64,000 nt of DNA from Flavobacteriaceae bacterium (GTDB taxonomy: Bacteria; Bacteroidota; Bacteroidia; Flavobacteriales; Flavobacteriaceae). Below are positions 17,718 to 26,869 of the stretch, piece by piece; positions within the stretch are counted from its first letter, which is position 1; each line of letters starts with the position of its first letter. The stretch lies in assembly GCA_035704905.1 (NCBI GenBank), contig DASSWN010000005.1:1549-65548 (forward strand), read 5' to 3'. A program made the translations under genes and the position numbers. The notes under the pieces are model-generated. The model searched no databases. It saw only the letters and a list, made by a program, of their open reading frames with translations, and was not told the DNA's origin.

Positions 17718-17768
17718 GGAATTAGCGAAGAGGAAATCAGCGATGAGGGAATTAGCGACCAGCGATTC
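17718..17768. repeat. Single low-complexity arm with repeated (TT)AGCGA units
   Basis: The sequence ggaattAGCGAagaggaaatcAGCGAtgagggaattAGCGAccAGCGAttc starts directly after the argS stop. I found no complementary arm nearby. Confidence 0.55.
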
Positions 17769-17809
17769 AAAGGTCAACGAAATTTAATTTTCGCAACGCG
17801 CATACCCTT

Positions 17810-18697
17810 CTACTCAAAATATTCGATTTCCCGTCTTAAAATATAAATCGGTTCTGAATTTTCCATTTTGGTTTTTTTGGTCCAATTTCCGTGTTTGTCA
17901 TATTCATATACATACGTGCCTTGGGAAATTAGTTGCCCATCAGGGCCAAAATTTTTCCAATGCGTTTTATTGTGGTTTTCATCGTATTCATAAACCAATT
18001 TACAATCGGGTCGATCATTTGGCAGGTACCGTTCTTTGATTATCCTGTTTCCGCTTTCATCATATTGGTATTTCCATTTCGAAAATAATTTTCCTTCTGA
18101 AGTAAAAATCTGTTCTTCAATCCGGTTTCCTTTTTTGTCATAGACATAAGTGGCTTGAAAGTACAAATTTCCATCGCCATAATATTTATGGGCTTCTATT
18201 CGGTTTCCGCGGTTGTCATATTTATAAATGTAGTTCACGCCCAAATAATTAAGGCATTCCGACTGCGTGATTTGTCCTTTTCGATCGAAGGTGTAGATTA
18301 TACGTGAGCCTATGCTTCCGTTTTGATTGTAAAGCACTTCTTTAAAACGGTTTCCATCTTCGTTGTAATAATACATTTCCTTGGAATATTTGGTGCCGTT
18401 GTTGTAAAAAAGTCGTTTTTCAATAAGTCTTCCGCTTTCATCGAAGAATAATACGGAATTGTCTTCGACATACGGCCAAGGTTCGCCAATTAGATATTTT
18501 CCGAATTTGGTTGGAATATGCTGCGGGATTTGCCGAATGGATTTAATTTTTCCGCTGAGATTGAGGGTCGCCCAATCCGATTTCCGAATTTCTTTCTGAA
18601 CGGAACAGGCAATGCACAACGAAAAAATAATCAAAAAGCCTGCACGGATCTTCGTGCAATTTCCTTTCGTTAAAGAAACTGATTTTTCAGAATACAT
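17810..18697 (-). CDS. Lipoprotein with YD/RHS-like beta-hairpin repeats
   Basis: The signal peptide has a lipobox (FSLCIAC). Repeated Y.YD..GN.IE units are present (YYYNEDGNRFKE, YKYDNRGNRIEA, YVYDKKGNRIEE, YQYDESGNRIIK, YEYDENHNKT, YEYDKHGNWT). Confidence 0.6.
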   Translation of the reverse strand: MYSEKSVSLTKGNCTKIRAGFLIIFSLCIACSVQKEIRKSDWATLNLSGKIKSIRQIPQHIPTKFGKYLIGEPWPYVEDNSVLFFDESGRLIEKRLFYNNGTKYSKEMYYYNEDGNRFKEVLYNQNGSIGSRIIYTFDRKGQITQSECLNYLGVNYIYKYDNRGNRIEAHKYYGDGNLYFQATYVYDKKGNRIEEQIFTSEGKLFSKWKYQYDESGNRIIKERYLPNDRPDCKLVYEYDENHNKTHWKNFGPDGQLISQGTYVYEYDKHGNWTKKTKMENSEPIYILRREIEYFE

Positions 18698-18935
18698 ATT
18701 TGCCCGCGTAATCTTTTTTCAGATGCAATTTTTTGTTAAATATAGCTTTATTCCAGCTCTTTCGCAAAATAAATTCCGGTTTAATTCAACAGGTATTTTT
18801 TATTTTTTTTGAATCGGTAAAAAACTTTTTTTTAGGACGAGCGACATCTTTATTGAAATTGTATTTGGGCAGAAGGATGTTAAATAATTGGAAGAAAAGA
18901 TTTCATCGTGTAATTTTATGGAAAATTAGTTTCAG

Positions 18936-19652
18936 ATGTTACCAAAAACAAATATTGAGCGTCAATTGGAAAAATCGCGGCGCAGAAGAATTGGTTCGGA
19001 ATCCATTTTGAACGAGGTGAACAGCATTTTTGCCGAAAATGAATTTCAGCGAAAAAAAATTCATGAGAATCTATGGAATGCGGGAGCCGAAGTTGCCAAT
19101 GATTTTCAAATCGAAAAACTCGATTTAGATAGAATTTATCATATTGAAGACATTAAAAAACTTTGTATAAATTATCGCTTGCGTTTTGTGGATGCGCATT
19201 ATTTCAAAAAAGAATTTCCCGAAGAGGCAATCACCAAAATTCGAATTTTGGAAAAAGAACATGGAGTGGAACTAAATAATTTCAAATTGGTAGCGCCCGC
19301 AAAATTGTTGAAACTCGAAAATGCCGACGATCCGTTGCTGTTTGCACCAATGGGCAATGATTTTTTCTATTTGGTGCATAAATGGGGAAACGATTTGCAT
19401 CCGTTGCGAAAATGGGCAATGTGGCCGTTCCGCGATTTGGAAAATTTGGTTTTTGCCGTTTTTGTTTTCAGCCTAATACTTACTTTTTTAACCCCATTGC
19501 ATTTTATTGTCGATGATCCCGGGGTTCGCGAGAAAATAATTTTATTTATGTTTGTTTTCAATTGGACGGGCGGCATGGTGCTGCTAATCGGAATTGGAAA
19601 GGGCAAAAATGTCAATTCTGAAATTTGGAACAGTAAATATTACAATGCATAG
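18936..19652 (+). CDS. Hypothetical protein with a soluble N-terminus and two C-terminal TM helices
   Basis: The 238-aa ORF has an ATG start and reasonable composition. I recognise no family. Confidence 0.5.
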   Translation: MLPKTNIERQLEKSRRRRIGSESILNEVNSIFAENEFQRKKIHENLWNAGAEVANDFQIEKLDLDRIYHIEDIKKLCINYRLRFVDAHYFKKEFPEEAITKIRILEKEHGVELNNFKLVAPAKLLKLENADDPLLFAPMGNDFFYLVHKWGNDLHPLRKWAMWPFRDLENLVFAVFVFSLILTFLTPLHFIVDDPGVREKIILFMFVFNWTGGMVLLIGIGKGKNVNSEIWNSKYYNA

Positions 19653-19685
19653 TGTCGGGCAAACAGAAACGATTTTAAAGCTGGG

Positions 19686-20675
19686 CTAATGTAAGGGCCG
19701 ACGTTTGATCATTCCGCCCTTGGTGTCCTTCACGCTGGTCATCACCACAAAGGCGTTGGAATCTATTTTTTTAATTTCGGTATTTAATTCGTTCAGTTCC
19801 AAACGCGTAATGACGGTATAAACAATATCAAGTTGATCGCTCATTTCTGAATGTTTCACCCCGCGTTCCCCTTTATAGATCGTAACGCCTCGCCGCATTT
19901 TGTGTATAATCATTTCCCGAATTTCCTCGCTGTGCACCGAAACAATGTTTACGGCAATGTATTCTTCGATTCCCTCAATAATGAAATCGATGGTTTTGGA
20001 AGCCGCAACATACGTGATCATGGAATAAAGGGCTGATTCGATTGAAAGCAAATACGCGGCGGCTGAAAAAATAATCACATTAATGATAATGACCACATCG
20101 CCGATCGATGTGCCGAATTTCTTTCCCAAATAAATAGCAAGTACTTCGGTGCCATCTATTACCGAACCACCACGCATGGAAAGTCCGGTGCCGGCACCCA
20201 AAAACAGTCCGCCGAAAACGGCCACCAACAATTTTTCGTCTGTAACTTCGGGAAATTCAACATTATACAACAATAAAGCCAGGCCTAATATGGAAATAGC
20301 GGCTTTGAATGCAAACTGTTTTCCGATGGTTCCGTAACCCAAAATGACGAAAGGCGCGCTTAAAAATAAAATCAACCAGCTCAACGGGATATTTGCCAAT
20401 CCGGAGGTCAACAAAGCCATTCCAATAACCCCGCCGTCGATAAAATGTGCCGGGAGCAAAAAACTTTCTAGGGCAAATGCGGCAGAAGTAATACCGCAAA
20501 TCATTAAAAGGCCATCCTTCAGGAAGCGGAAAAGGCTGATTTTAAATTTCCGGTAGGCCTTTGCCGTGCGAAATCCGGAAATTTCTTCACCTTCGGAAAT
20601 TTCCTTCTCCGGAAAAACCAATTTATCAAAAACTCTTCTCCAAAAATTTTTCATTCGCCGGATGGCTTTGCGCAA
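19686..20675 (-). CDS. YitT-family membrane protein (DUF2179 C-terminal domain)
   Basis: The polytopic region contains FIDGGVIGMALL and GGSVIDGTEV. The C-terminal soluble domain contains RGVTIYKGERG and VVMTSV. Confidence 0.8.
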   Translation of the reverse strand: MRKAIRRMKNFWRRVFDKLVFPEKEISEGEEISGFRTAKAYRKFKISLFRFLKDGLLMICGITSAAFALESFLLPAHFIDGGVIGMALLTSGLANIPLSWLILFLSAPFVILGYGTIGKQFAFKAAISILGLALLLYNVEFPEVTDEKLLVAVFGGLFLGAGTGLSMRGGSVIDGTEVLAIYLGKKFGTSIGDVVIIINVIIFSAAAYLLSIESALYSMITYVAASKTIDFIIEGIEEYIAVNIVSVHSEEIREMIIHKMRRGVTIYKGERGVKHSEMSDQLDIVYTVITRLELNELNTEIKKIDSNAFVVMTSVKDTKGGMIKRRPLH

Positions 20676-20704
20676 AGGTAAAAATTCCAGATCAGACTTC
20701 GGTG

Positions 20705-22996
20705 TTAAAACAAAACTCGAAATGAAAAATTGGGGGTTAGCCCGAGGGCAGATTCTTCCACAAGCACAATTTCATTATTGTTTTTTTTATAATAGGCATT
20801 GATTACATTTTTGGTGTCCATTAAATTCCACAAGGAAATTCCTACATAGGCGTTTGTGTTTTTGCCCAATTTGAACCCTTGATTTGCGGAAATATCCATT
20901 CGGAAATAATTTTTCAAATTTTCACTGAAGGCCGGTGCATAAATCAGATTTCCGTTATCCAAACCTTCTTTTGTCAGTGGTGTAAATGGTTTTCCGGTGC
21001 GCCATTTTACCCCGAATGAAACTTTAAAATCACCACTTGAATAAGAAGTTGCAAAATTGAATGCATGTTCGATTTCCAAAATATTGGGCAAATGTTTTTC
21101 GGGCAAAGCGGGGAATTTATAGGAATTGTCCATCAGCGAATAACCAATCCAACTGCTGAAATTGCCAAAGTGTTTGTTCAGCAAAAAGTCGATTCCTTTC
21201 ACAAAATAATTTCCGGTAATTTGGGCATATTGGTACTGGTTCTGAAAACCTTGGCTCTGTGAAGTAATTCCGTTCACTTCCTTAACGTAGGCTTCGGCAC
21301 TTATCAACCAATCTTTTTTTTCGTAATAAAGCCCAAAAGAGATTTGTTTACTGCGCAAAATCGGAATTTCATTGTTGTCGGCCAAACGCCACCTGCGTTT
21401 TTCAATTCCCAAAAAATCGGTCTGGTAATCGATTTCTTGTGTGGTGAGCTGACTTTTGAGTTCACCGAGGATTTCGAGGTGAAGATTTTTCCAAAGTTTT
21501 TGGTTGAAGCCGAACCGTGGTTCCAACCTTCCTTCCTTAAAATTACTGAAATAATTGAACCTGCCGCCAAGTTGAAATGTGGTATGTTTGTTTTTTGAGG
21601 AATATACAACAGAAGAAAAGAGCGCGTGCCGGTCCAAACCCCGGTGTTGGTATTCGGCGGTCTGCGGATTGTTCAAAGCGCGGGTGTTCGAAATGGAGGT
21701 GGAAGTAAATTCATAACCCGATTGCCAGTCAAATTGATCGTTTATTTTTAAGAAAGAAATGATCTTGAAATTACTTTCCAAAACCAGATTTTCTTGTTCC
21801 AAGCGTTGATCGCTGAGAAGATCGGAATTTGTGGCTTTCAAACGGTAATTGGAAAAATAAGTTTGGGATGAAAGGCTCCATTTTGGAAGAATTTTCCGTT
21901 TATAGAATAATCCGGCAGCCAAACTATTTTGTGACAATTGGCTTCTTTTTGATTTCAATTCACCTTCAACAAATGCATTCTCATCAAAACTTAACGCATT
22001 TGAAATATTGATAAAGTTCACTCGTATCCGGTCTTTTTCCGAAAGATCATACAACCATCGCAAACTGAAATCGTTGAACGAAAACTCCTGATTGTTCCGA
22101 AGCACTTGGTCGTTTCGTTCCACCACTTCGCTTCCCTGAAAAGCGCGGTCGTAATACTGCTCATAAGTTGGCGTTGAGAAAAAGGGGGTGAGTGAGGTTC
22201 TTGCCGAAACCTGAACAGATGATTTGTCACCAAAAGGTGTATCGACGAAAGCGCCCAAATTAATGAAATTCACCCCAACCGCTGCATGGAATTCTTTGTT
22301 CAGAATAGTGTCCGTTTTCATGGCCACCACGCTTGAAACACTGTTTCCATAGGCCGCATTTGTGCCGTTTTTAATGAGCTCAACCTTTTTTGTTTGATAG
22401 GGGTTGAAAGCCGTTATCAGTCCGAAAAAATGTCCTGATTGATACATTCGGATGCCATCCCATAAAATGAGGTTCTGGTCATTGCTTCCACCGCGCACGT
22501 TGATGTTTGAAACACTTTCGTCCACGCTTTGAACGCCGGGCAAGGCTTGTAAAGTTAGTAGAACATCGGGTTCTGTCAGGCCGGGCAAAACCCCAAAATC
22601 GTCATAATCTATTTCCACCACACCATTTTTTTTCTTGGAAATTCCTTGAGTCAAATAATTGATAATAAGCACTTTGTTCAATGTTTGTGGCAAAACGGGT
22701 TTTTCATCTTTTTCTTCCAAAGCTGCATAAACCGCTATAAAACCTTGACCCAGTTTTTCGAAGGAAAGTTTGGTTCGTTCTTCCAAAAATCGCAATGCTT
22801 CTTCCAAGCTGAGGTTTTCGGGGGGCATTTCCGATTTTTCGGTGGAAATCAACTGGTCGGAATATGAAAATATGCGATCATACCGAACAGCCAATTTTGT
22901 CAAGATTTTGGAAACGGGAATTTTGTCGGTTTCTTGCGAATTTCCAACCGAACAAAGGCATGAAAATAAAAGTAAGAAAAGAAATTTTTTAGTCAC
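20705..22996 (-). CDS. TonB-dependent receptor with an N-terminal STN signalling extension (FecA-type transducer)
   Basis: It has a GTG start and a signal peptide, followed by an STN-like region (VSKILTKLAVRYDRIFSY...LSLEEALRFL). A plug domain (LQALPGVQSV...NVRGGS) and a beta-barrel ending ...FSFRVLF follow. It overlaps the fecR-like stop by 8 nt. Confidence 0.8.
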   Translation of the reverse strand: MTKKFLFLLLFSCLCSVGNSQETDKIPVSKILTKLAVRYDRIFSYSDQLISTEKSEMPPENLSLEEALRFLEERTKLSFEKLGQGFIAVYAALEEKDEKPVLPQTLNKVLIINYLTQGISKKKNGVVEIDYDDFGVLPGLTEPDVLLTLQALPGVQSVDESVSNINVRGGSNDQNLILWDGIRMYQSGHFFGLITAFNPYQTKKVELIKNGTNAAYGNSVSSVVAMKTDTILNKEFHAAVGVNFINLGAFVDTPFGDKSSVQVSARTSLTPFFSTPTYEQYYDRAFQGSEVVERNDQVLRNNQEFSFNDFSLRWLYDLSEKDRIRVNFINISNALSFDENAFVEGELKSKRSQLSQNSLAAGLFYKRKILPKWSLSSQTYFSNYRLKATNSDLLSDQRLEQENLVLESNFKIISFLKINDQFDWQSGYEFTSTSISNTRALNNPQTAEYQHRGLDRHALFSSVVYSSKNKHTTFQLGGRFNYFSNFKEGRLEPRFGFNQKLWKNLHLEILGELKSQLTTQEIDYQTDFLGIEKRRWRLADNNEIPILRSKQISFGLYYEKKDWLISAEAYVKEVNGITSQSQGFQNQYQYAQITGNYFVKGIDFLLNKHFGNFSSWIGYSLMDNSYKFPALPEKHLPNILEIEHAFNFATSYSSGDFKVSFGVKWRTGKPFTPLTKEGLDNGNLIYAPAFSENLKNYFRMDISANQGFKLGKNTNAYVGISLWNLMDTKNVINAYYKKNNNEIVLVEESALGLTPNFSFRVLF

Positions 22997-23888
22997 CGAC
23001 CTTTAAGATTACCATATCGTCATTTCGGGTGTACCTTAAATTGAAAGGAATGCTAATGGATTTCAGGGCCATTTCCATATCATTGTGCACAAAACTTCCC
23101 GTAAATAACTGATTTGCATCAAAAGTACGTGTTTTCAAACGAACCTCCACTTTGTATTGCCGTTCAAATTCGGCAACAACTTCTTTAAACGGAACACTTT
23201 GAAAAGAGCTAAGGTCACTTGTCCAGGAAGGTTTGCTGCGGTCGGTTTTTGAATGTTGGGTCAAGCCGTTCACCAATCGGAAAGTTTTACCGGCAGGCAA
23301 TAGAATGCTGTCTTTTGATGTTTTCACGGAAACAAGACCTTCAAAACAGGTAACTTCAAAATAGTTTTCCCGCTCTTTTATATTGAAATGGGTTCCGAGA
23401 ACGCTTATGGTTCCGGTGGAAGTTATAACCGAAAAGCGACTTCCTTTTTCGACTTTGAAAAATGCTTCGCCTTGAAGATGAACTTCACGATTTTCTTTCC
23501 AGGCATTTTCCTCATAAGTCAATTCGGAAACGGCATTCAGCAAAACCACCGAACCATCTGGAAGAATGGTTTTTTCTGTTTGCCCCGCGAGGGATTTTAT
23601 TTCGGTTTCATTGGAATGGAAAATGGTAAAATAGGAAGCAAAAGCGATTACAAAAACAGCAGCAATTTTAAGGAAAACAGATATTCTTTCTTCTTTTTGT
23701 TGGCGTTTTATCCTTGTACGAACCGATTCATAATTTTTTTCGGTATCGAAATTATCCGCTTGGAAAAGACGCGCAGTCTCGGCAAGTTTCGCATAATCGT
23801 GGTATGCTTCCGTTTTTTTGAAAGCATCGAGTTCTGCAGGCGACAATTCGCCATCCAGCCATTTTTGTATGAAAGTTTCCTTTTTCAT
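22989..23888 (-). CDS. FecR-family anti-sigma factor
   Basis: The 299-aa ORF has an N-terminal cytoplasmic region, a single TM helix (FLKIAAVFVIAFASYFTIF) and a periplasmic FecR domain. It lies between the ECF sigma gene and the receptor gene. Confidence 0.8.
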   Translation of the reverse strand: MKKETFIQKWLDGELSPAELDAFKKTEAYHDYAKLAETARLFQADNFDTEKNYESVRTRIKRQQKEERISVFLKIAAVFVIAFASYFTIFHSNETEIKSLAGQTEKTILPDGSVVLLNAVSELTYEENAWKENREVHLQGEAFFKVEKGSRFSVITSTGTISVLGTHFNIKERENYFEVTCFEGLVSVKTSKDSILLPAGKTFRLVNGLTQHSKTDRSKPSWTSDLSSFQSVPFKEVVAEFERQYKVEVRLKTRTFDANQLFTGSFVHNDMEMALKSISIPFNLRYTRNDDMVILKVGD

Positions 23889-23982
23889 TTTAATTCCTGC
23901 AAAAACCGAAATCGTTTAAAACACCAACTTTTTCGGGGCACTCAATCATATAACAACAACTCTACAATTTATCCTACCTTTT

Positions 23983-24498
23983 TTAAATTCCTTTAATATC
24001 CTTGCGCAAACTTTTTAGTGCACCATAAATTCTTTTTTCCACGGCTTTTTTGGAAATCCCCAGAAGTTCCGCGATTTCCTGATGTTTTTTCCCTTCCGCG
24101 CGGTTCATCAAAAAAGCAACGCGTTGCGCTTCGCTTAAGTTTGCCAAGGCGGTTTGATATTTTTTTAAATATTCGGTTTCTTCCAACAGAAAATGTGGAT
24201 CGTGATGGTTGGTATTTTCTTTTTTTTGCGATTGAAATTTCAGCACCACTTTTTCATGTTTAATCGCGTTCAATACCTGATTGTTGGCAACTGTGAACAA
24301 AAAACTTTTGGCTTTTTCGGGCGGGACTTCTTTGCACTTTTTCCAGAGTTTCACAAAAGCTTCCTGAACATGGTCTTCCGGATTCAGGCGTTCCCCAAAT
24401 TTGTAATATAAAAAATCACGCAGGTTTTTTGCATGCTTTTTATAAAGCGCGGCAAAAACGGATTCTTCACAAACGTGCTCTTGTAAATTTCTGGCCAT
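23983..24498 (-). CDS. ECF (sigma-70 family) RNA polymerase sigma factor
   Basis: Region 2 contains DHVQEAFVKLW. Region 4 has an HTH (QRVAFLMNRAEGKKHQEIAELLGISKKAVEKRI). I preferred the ATG at 24498 over the TTG at 24534. Confidence 0.85.
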   Translation of the reverse strand: MARNLQEHVCEESVFAALYKKHAKNLRDFLYYKFGERLNPEDHVQEAFVKLWKKCKEVPPEKAKSFLFTVANNQVLNAIKHEKVVLKFQSQKKENTNHHDPHFLLEETEYLKKYQTALANLSEAQRVAFLMNRAEGKKHQEIAELLGISKKAVEKRIYGALKSLRKDIKGI

Positions 24499-24683
24499 GA
24501 ATTTTGGTTCGCTGACAAATGTATAAAAATTCAAAGTTTAAAATTCAGGTTTCATGATTTTGAGTAGTTGGATGCTTCGTTTCAAACTTTAACATTATGT
24601 ATGGTAGGGTTTTTTCTTTTTCATTTGTTTTATCCATATAAAAACACTTTTTGGTTAAATAGTTTTTATTTTTAGAGGGGAAA

Positions 24684-24714
24684 AGGCCGTTGGTATTTCG
24701 ACGGTCTTTTTTTT
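24684..24714 (+). terminator. Orphan terminator-like hairpin with a T8 run
   Basis: aggccgt / acggtct form a 7-bp stem (one G-T pair) with a 10-nt loop, followed by tttttttt. No plus-strand gene lies upstream. It sits 62 nt before the ATG at 24777. Confidence 0.4.
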
Positions 24715-24776
24715 AAATTTCACGAAACGTTTATTCAAGACTTATATTTTTTTATTACTCCAAAAACCAATTTATC

Positions 24777-26723
24777 ATGAAACATTTTTATCAAATCTTT
24801 AACCCGATTTTTTTATTTGTTCTCCTTCTTTTTTCAATGAGCATTTCTGCACAAATTGTGAACATTCCCGATGCAAATTTAAAAACGGCTTTGGTGAATT
24901 ATCAGAATCCTGTGATTGACACCAATGGCGATTCGGAAATTCAGGTTTCGGAAGCCGAAGCGGTTATCAATGGATTATACTTGGGTTCCTCAAATATTTC
25001 GGATGCTACGGGGATAGAAGCATTCATAAATGTTACTTTTCTTAATTTATCGTATAACCATTTGACTTCGATAAACCTCTCAAATTTCCCAGATTTGGCT
25101 TTTCTGGACATAAGTTCAAATTTTTTGACAGAACTGGATATTTCCAATAATTCCAATCTTACGACCTTGGCCTTTTTATCCAATCCAAATCTCACCTATA
25201 TCAATCTGAAAAATGGGAATATGGAAAACATGGAATTGTTGGAACCGCTTTATGAAACGCCAAATGTCAACCTGGTTTGCGTGGACGATGTGAATACGTT
25301 TTATGACATTATGCCTATGTGGCCGGGAAATATGATGTGGGACGCATTGATCACCACTTATTGCAGCTTCACCCCGGCTCAATCAAATGTACTTACTGGA
25401 AATTTGAATTTGGACAACGGGCAAGGATGCTTGGATCCGACGGCGACGGGCTTTCCGAATACTTTGGTGCAAGCAGTACAAGGCCCGAATAGTTTTGGCG
25501 TTTGGACCGACGATATGGGAAATTATGATCTATATGTAGATACTGGTGCCACCATTACTTCCGTAGTGAGTAATCTGCCTCCTTATTTTTCAGTGCTTCC
25601 CGCATCGCATTCTTCGAATTTTACAGGATACGGAACAACGGAAACAGTGGATTTTTGTATCGAATCCAATTCGCAGGTCGATGACTTGAACGTGACGATA
25701 ATTCCAATTTCATTTGCCCAGCCGGGTGAAACAACGGTTTACAAAATTGTTTATGAAAATATGGGAAGCACGGTTTTAAGTGGACAGATTACGTTTCAGT
25801 ATGACGACAGTAAACAAACTTTTGTATTGGCGACTCCCACGGAAACTTCCATTACCGCAAATATTTTAAATTTCGATTTCACCGACCTTTTGCCCTTGCA
25901 CAGTAGGGAAATTATGGTGGAAATGCTCAATGGAATTCCTCCGGCTGTCGAACTTGGGGACGTGTTGACTTTTACGGCCACTATAACGCCAAACACAAAC
26001 GATTATACACCAAATGACAATACCTTTCAATTGGAACAAACCGTGGTAAGTTCTTTTGACCCGAACGACAAACAAGTTCTGGAAGGGGAAGAAATAGCGA
26101 TCGCCGATGCCGATGAATATTTGCATTATCTGATCCGTTTCCAAAATACGGGAACAGCTTCTGCCAATAATGTTGTGGTGACGGACACGTTGAGCGAAAT
26201 GCTGGACTGGAGCAGTTTGCGCATGGTTTCCTCGAGCCATGAATTCCGGGCCCGAACAACCAATGGCAATTTTGTGGAGTTTATTTTTGAAGGAATAAAC
26301 CTTCCCTACGAATCGGCCGACGAACCGGGAAGCCATGGCTATATTGCTTTCAAAATAAAGCCCAAAACCGATATCGCCGTTGGGGATTTCATTACGGGAA
26401 AAGCCGCAATTTATTTCGATTTCAACGAACCAATTATTACGAACACGGTTTCCACGGAAGTGGTGGAAAATCTTTCTTCGGAAAGTTTCAATTTGACGGA
26501 AAATATCAGTTTATATCCAAATCCAACGAATGGTATTTTGAATATTTCCACAGAAAAAGATGTGCAGAATCTGGAGGTTTATTCCATAACGGGAAAACTT
26601 CTGTTCCAACATTCGGGCGATTTGAAAAATATTGATCTGCAAGAATTCGCCCGTGGCGTTTATTTTCTGAAAATTATGGGCGAAAATGGACAAATCTTTA
26701 CTGAAAAAATCATTCGGAAATAA
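24777..26723 (+). CDS. T9SS type-A sorting-domain surface protein with N-terminal leucine-rich repeats
   Basis: A signal peptide is followed by LRR units (LNLSYNHLTSINLSNFPDLAFLDISSNFLTELDISNNSNLT). The middle region has Ig-like repeat domains (DPNDK...YLIRFQNTG). The C-terminus has a Por secretion tail (LYPNPTNGILNI...GVYFLKI). Confidence 0.8.
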   Translation: MKHFYQIFNPIFLFVLLLFSMSISAQIVNIPDANLKTALVNYQNPVIDTNGDSEIQVSEAEAVINGLYLGSSNISDATGIEAFINVTFLNLSYNHLTSINLSNFPDLAFLDISSNFLTELDISNNSNLTTLAFLSNPNLTYINLKNGNMENMELLEPLYETPNVNLVCVDDVNTFYDIMPMWPGNMMWDALITTYCSFTPAQSNVLTGNLNLDNGQGCLDPTATGFPNTLVQAVQGPNSFGVWTDDMGNYDLYVDTGATITSVVSNLPPYFSVLPASHSSNFTGYGTTETVDFCIESNSQVDDLNVTIIPISFAQPGETTVYKIVYENMGSTVLSGQITFQYDDSKQTFVLATPTETSITANILNFDFTDLLPLHSREIMVEMLNGIPPAVELGDVLTFTATITPNTNDYTPNDNTFQLEQTVVSSFDPNDKQVLEGEEIAIADADEYLHYLIRFQNTGTASANNVVVTDTLSEMLDWSSLRMVSSSHEFRARTTNGNFVEFIFEGINLPYESADEPGSHGYIAFKIKPKTDIAVGDFITGKAAIYFDFNEPIITNTVSTEVVENLSSESFNLTENISLYPNPTNGILNISTEKDVQNLEVYSITGKLLFQHSGDLKNIDLQEFARGVYFLKIMGENGQIFTEKIIRK

Positions 26724-26742
26724 AGAAGAAAAATCCTGATTT

Positions 26743-26783
26743 AAACCCCGGCGTTCCCAAGTTTTGGAAACCGGGGTTTTTTG
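26743..26783 (+). terminator. Rho-independent terminator
   Basis: aaaccccgg / ccggggttt form a stem with additional inner pairing, followed by tttttg. It lies 20 nt after the stop at 26723. Confidence 0.8.
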
Positions 26784-26817
26784 TTTCCCAATACTTTACG
26801 GTTCAATTTCAAATCCG

Positions 26818-26825
26818 TAAATTTG
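26818..26825 (+). promoter_or_regulatory. -7 promoter box (TAaaTTTG) for ffh
   Basis: TAaaTTTG ends 45 nt upstream of the ffh ATG. Confidence 0.4.
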
Positions 26826-26869
26826 CAAATTCTGAAATTACAGTAGAATTGTCAAAAAATTGAAGATGT

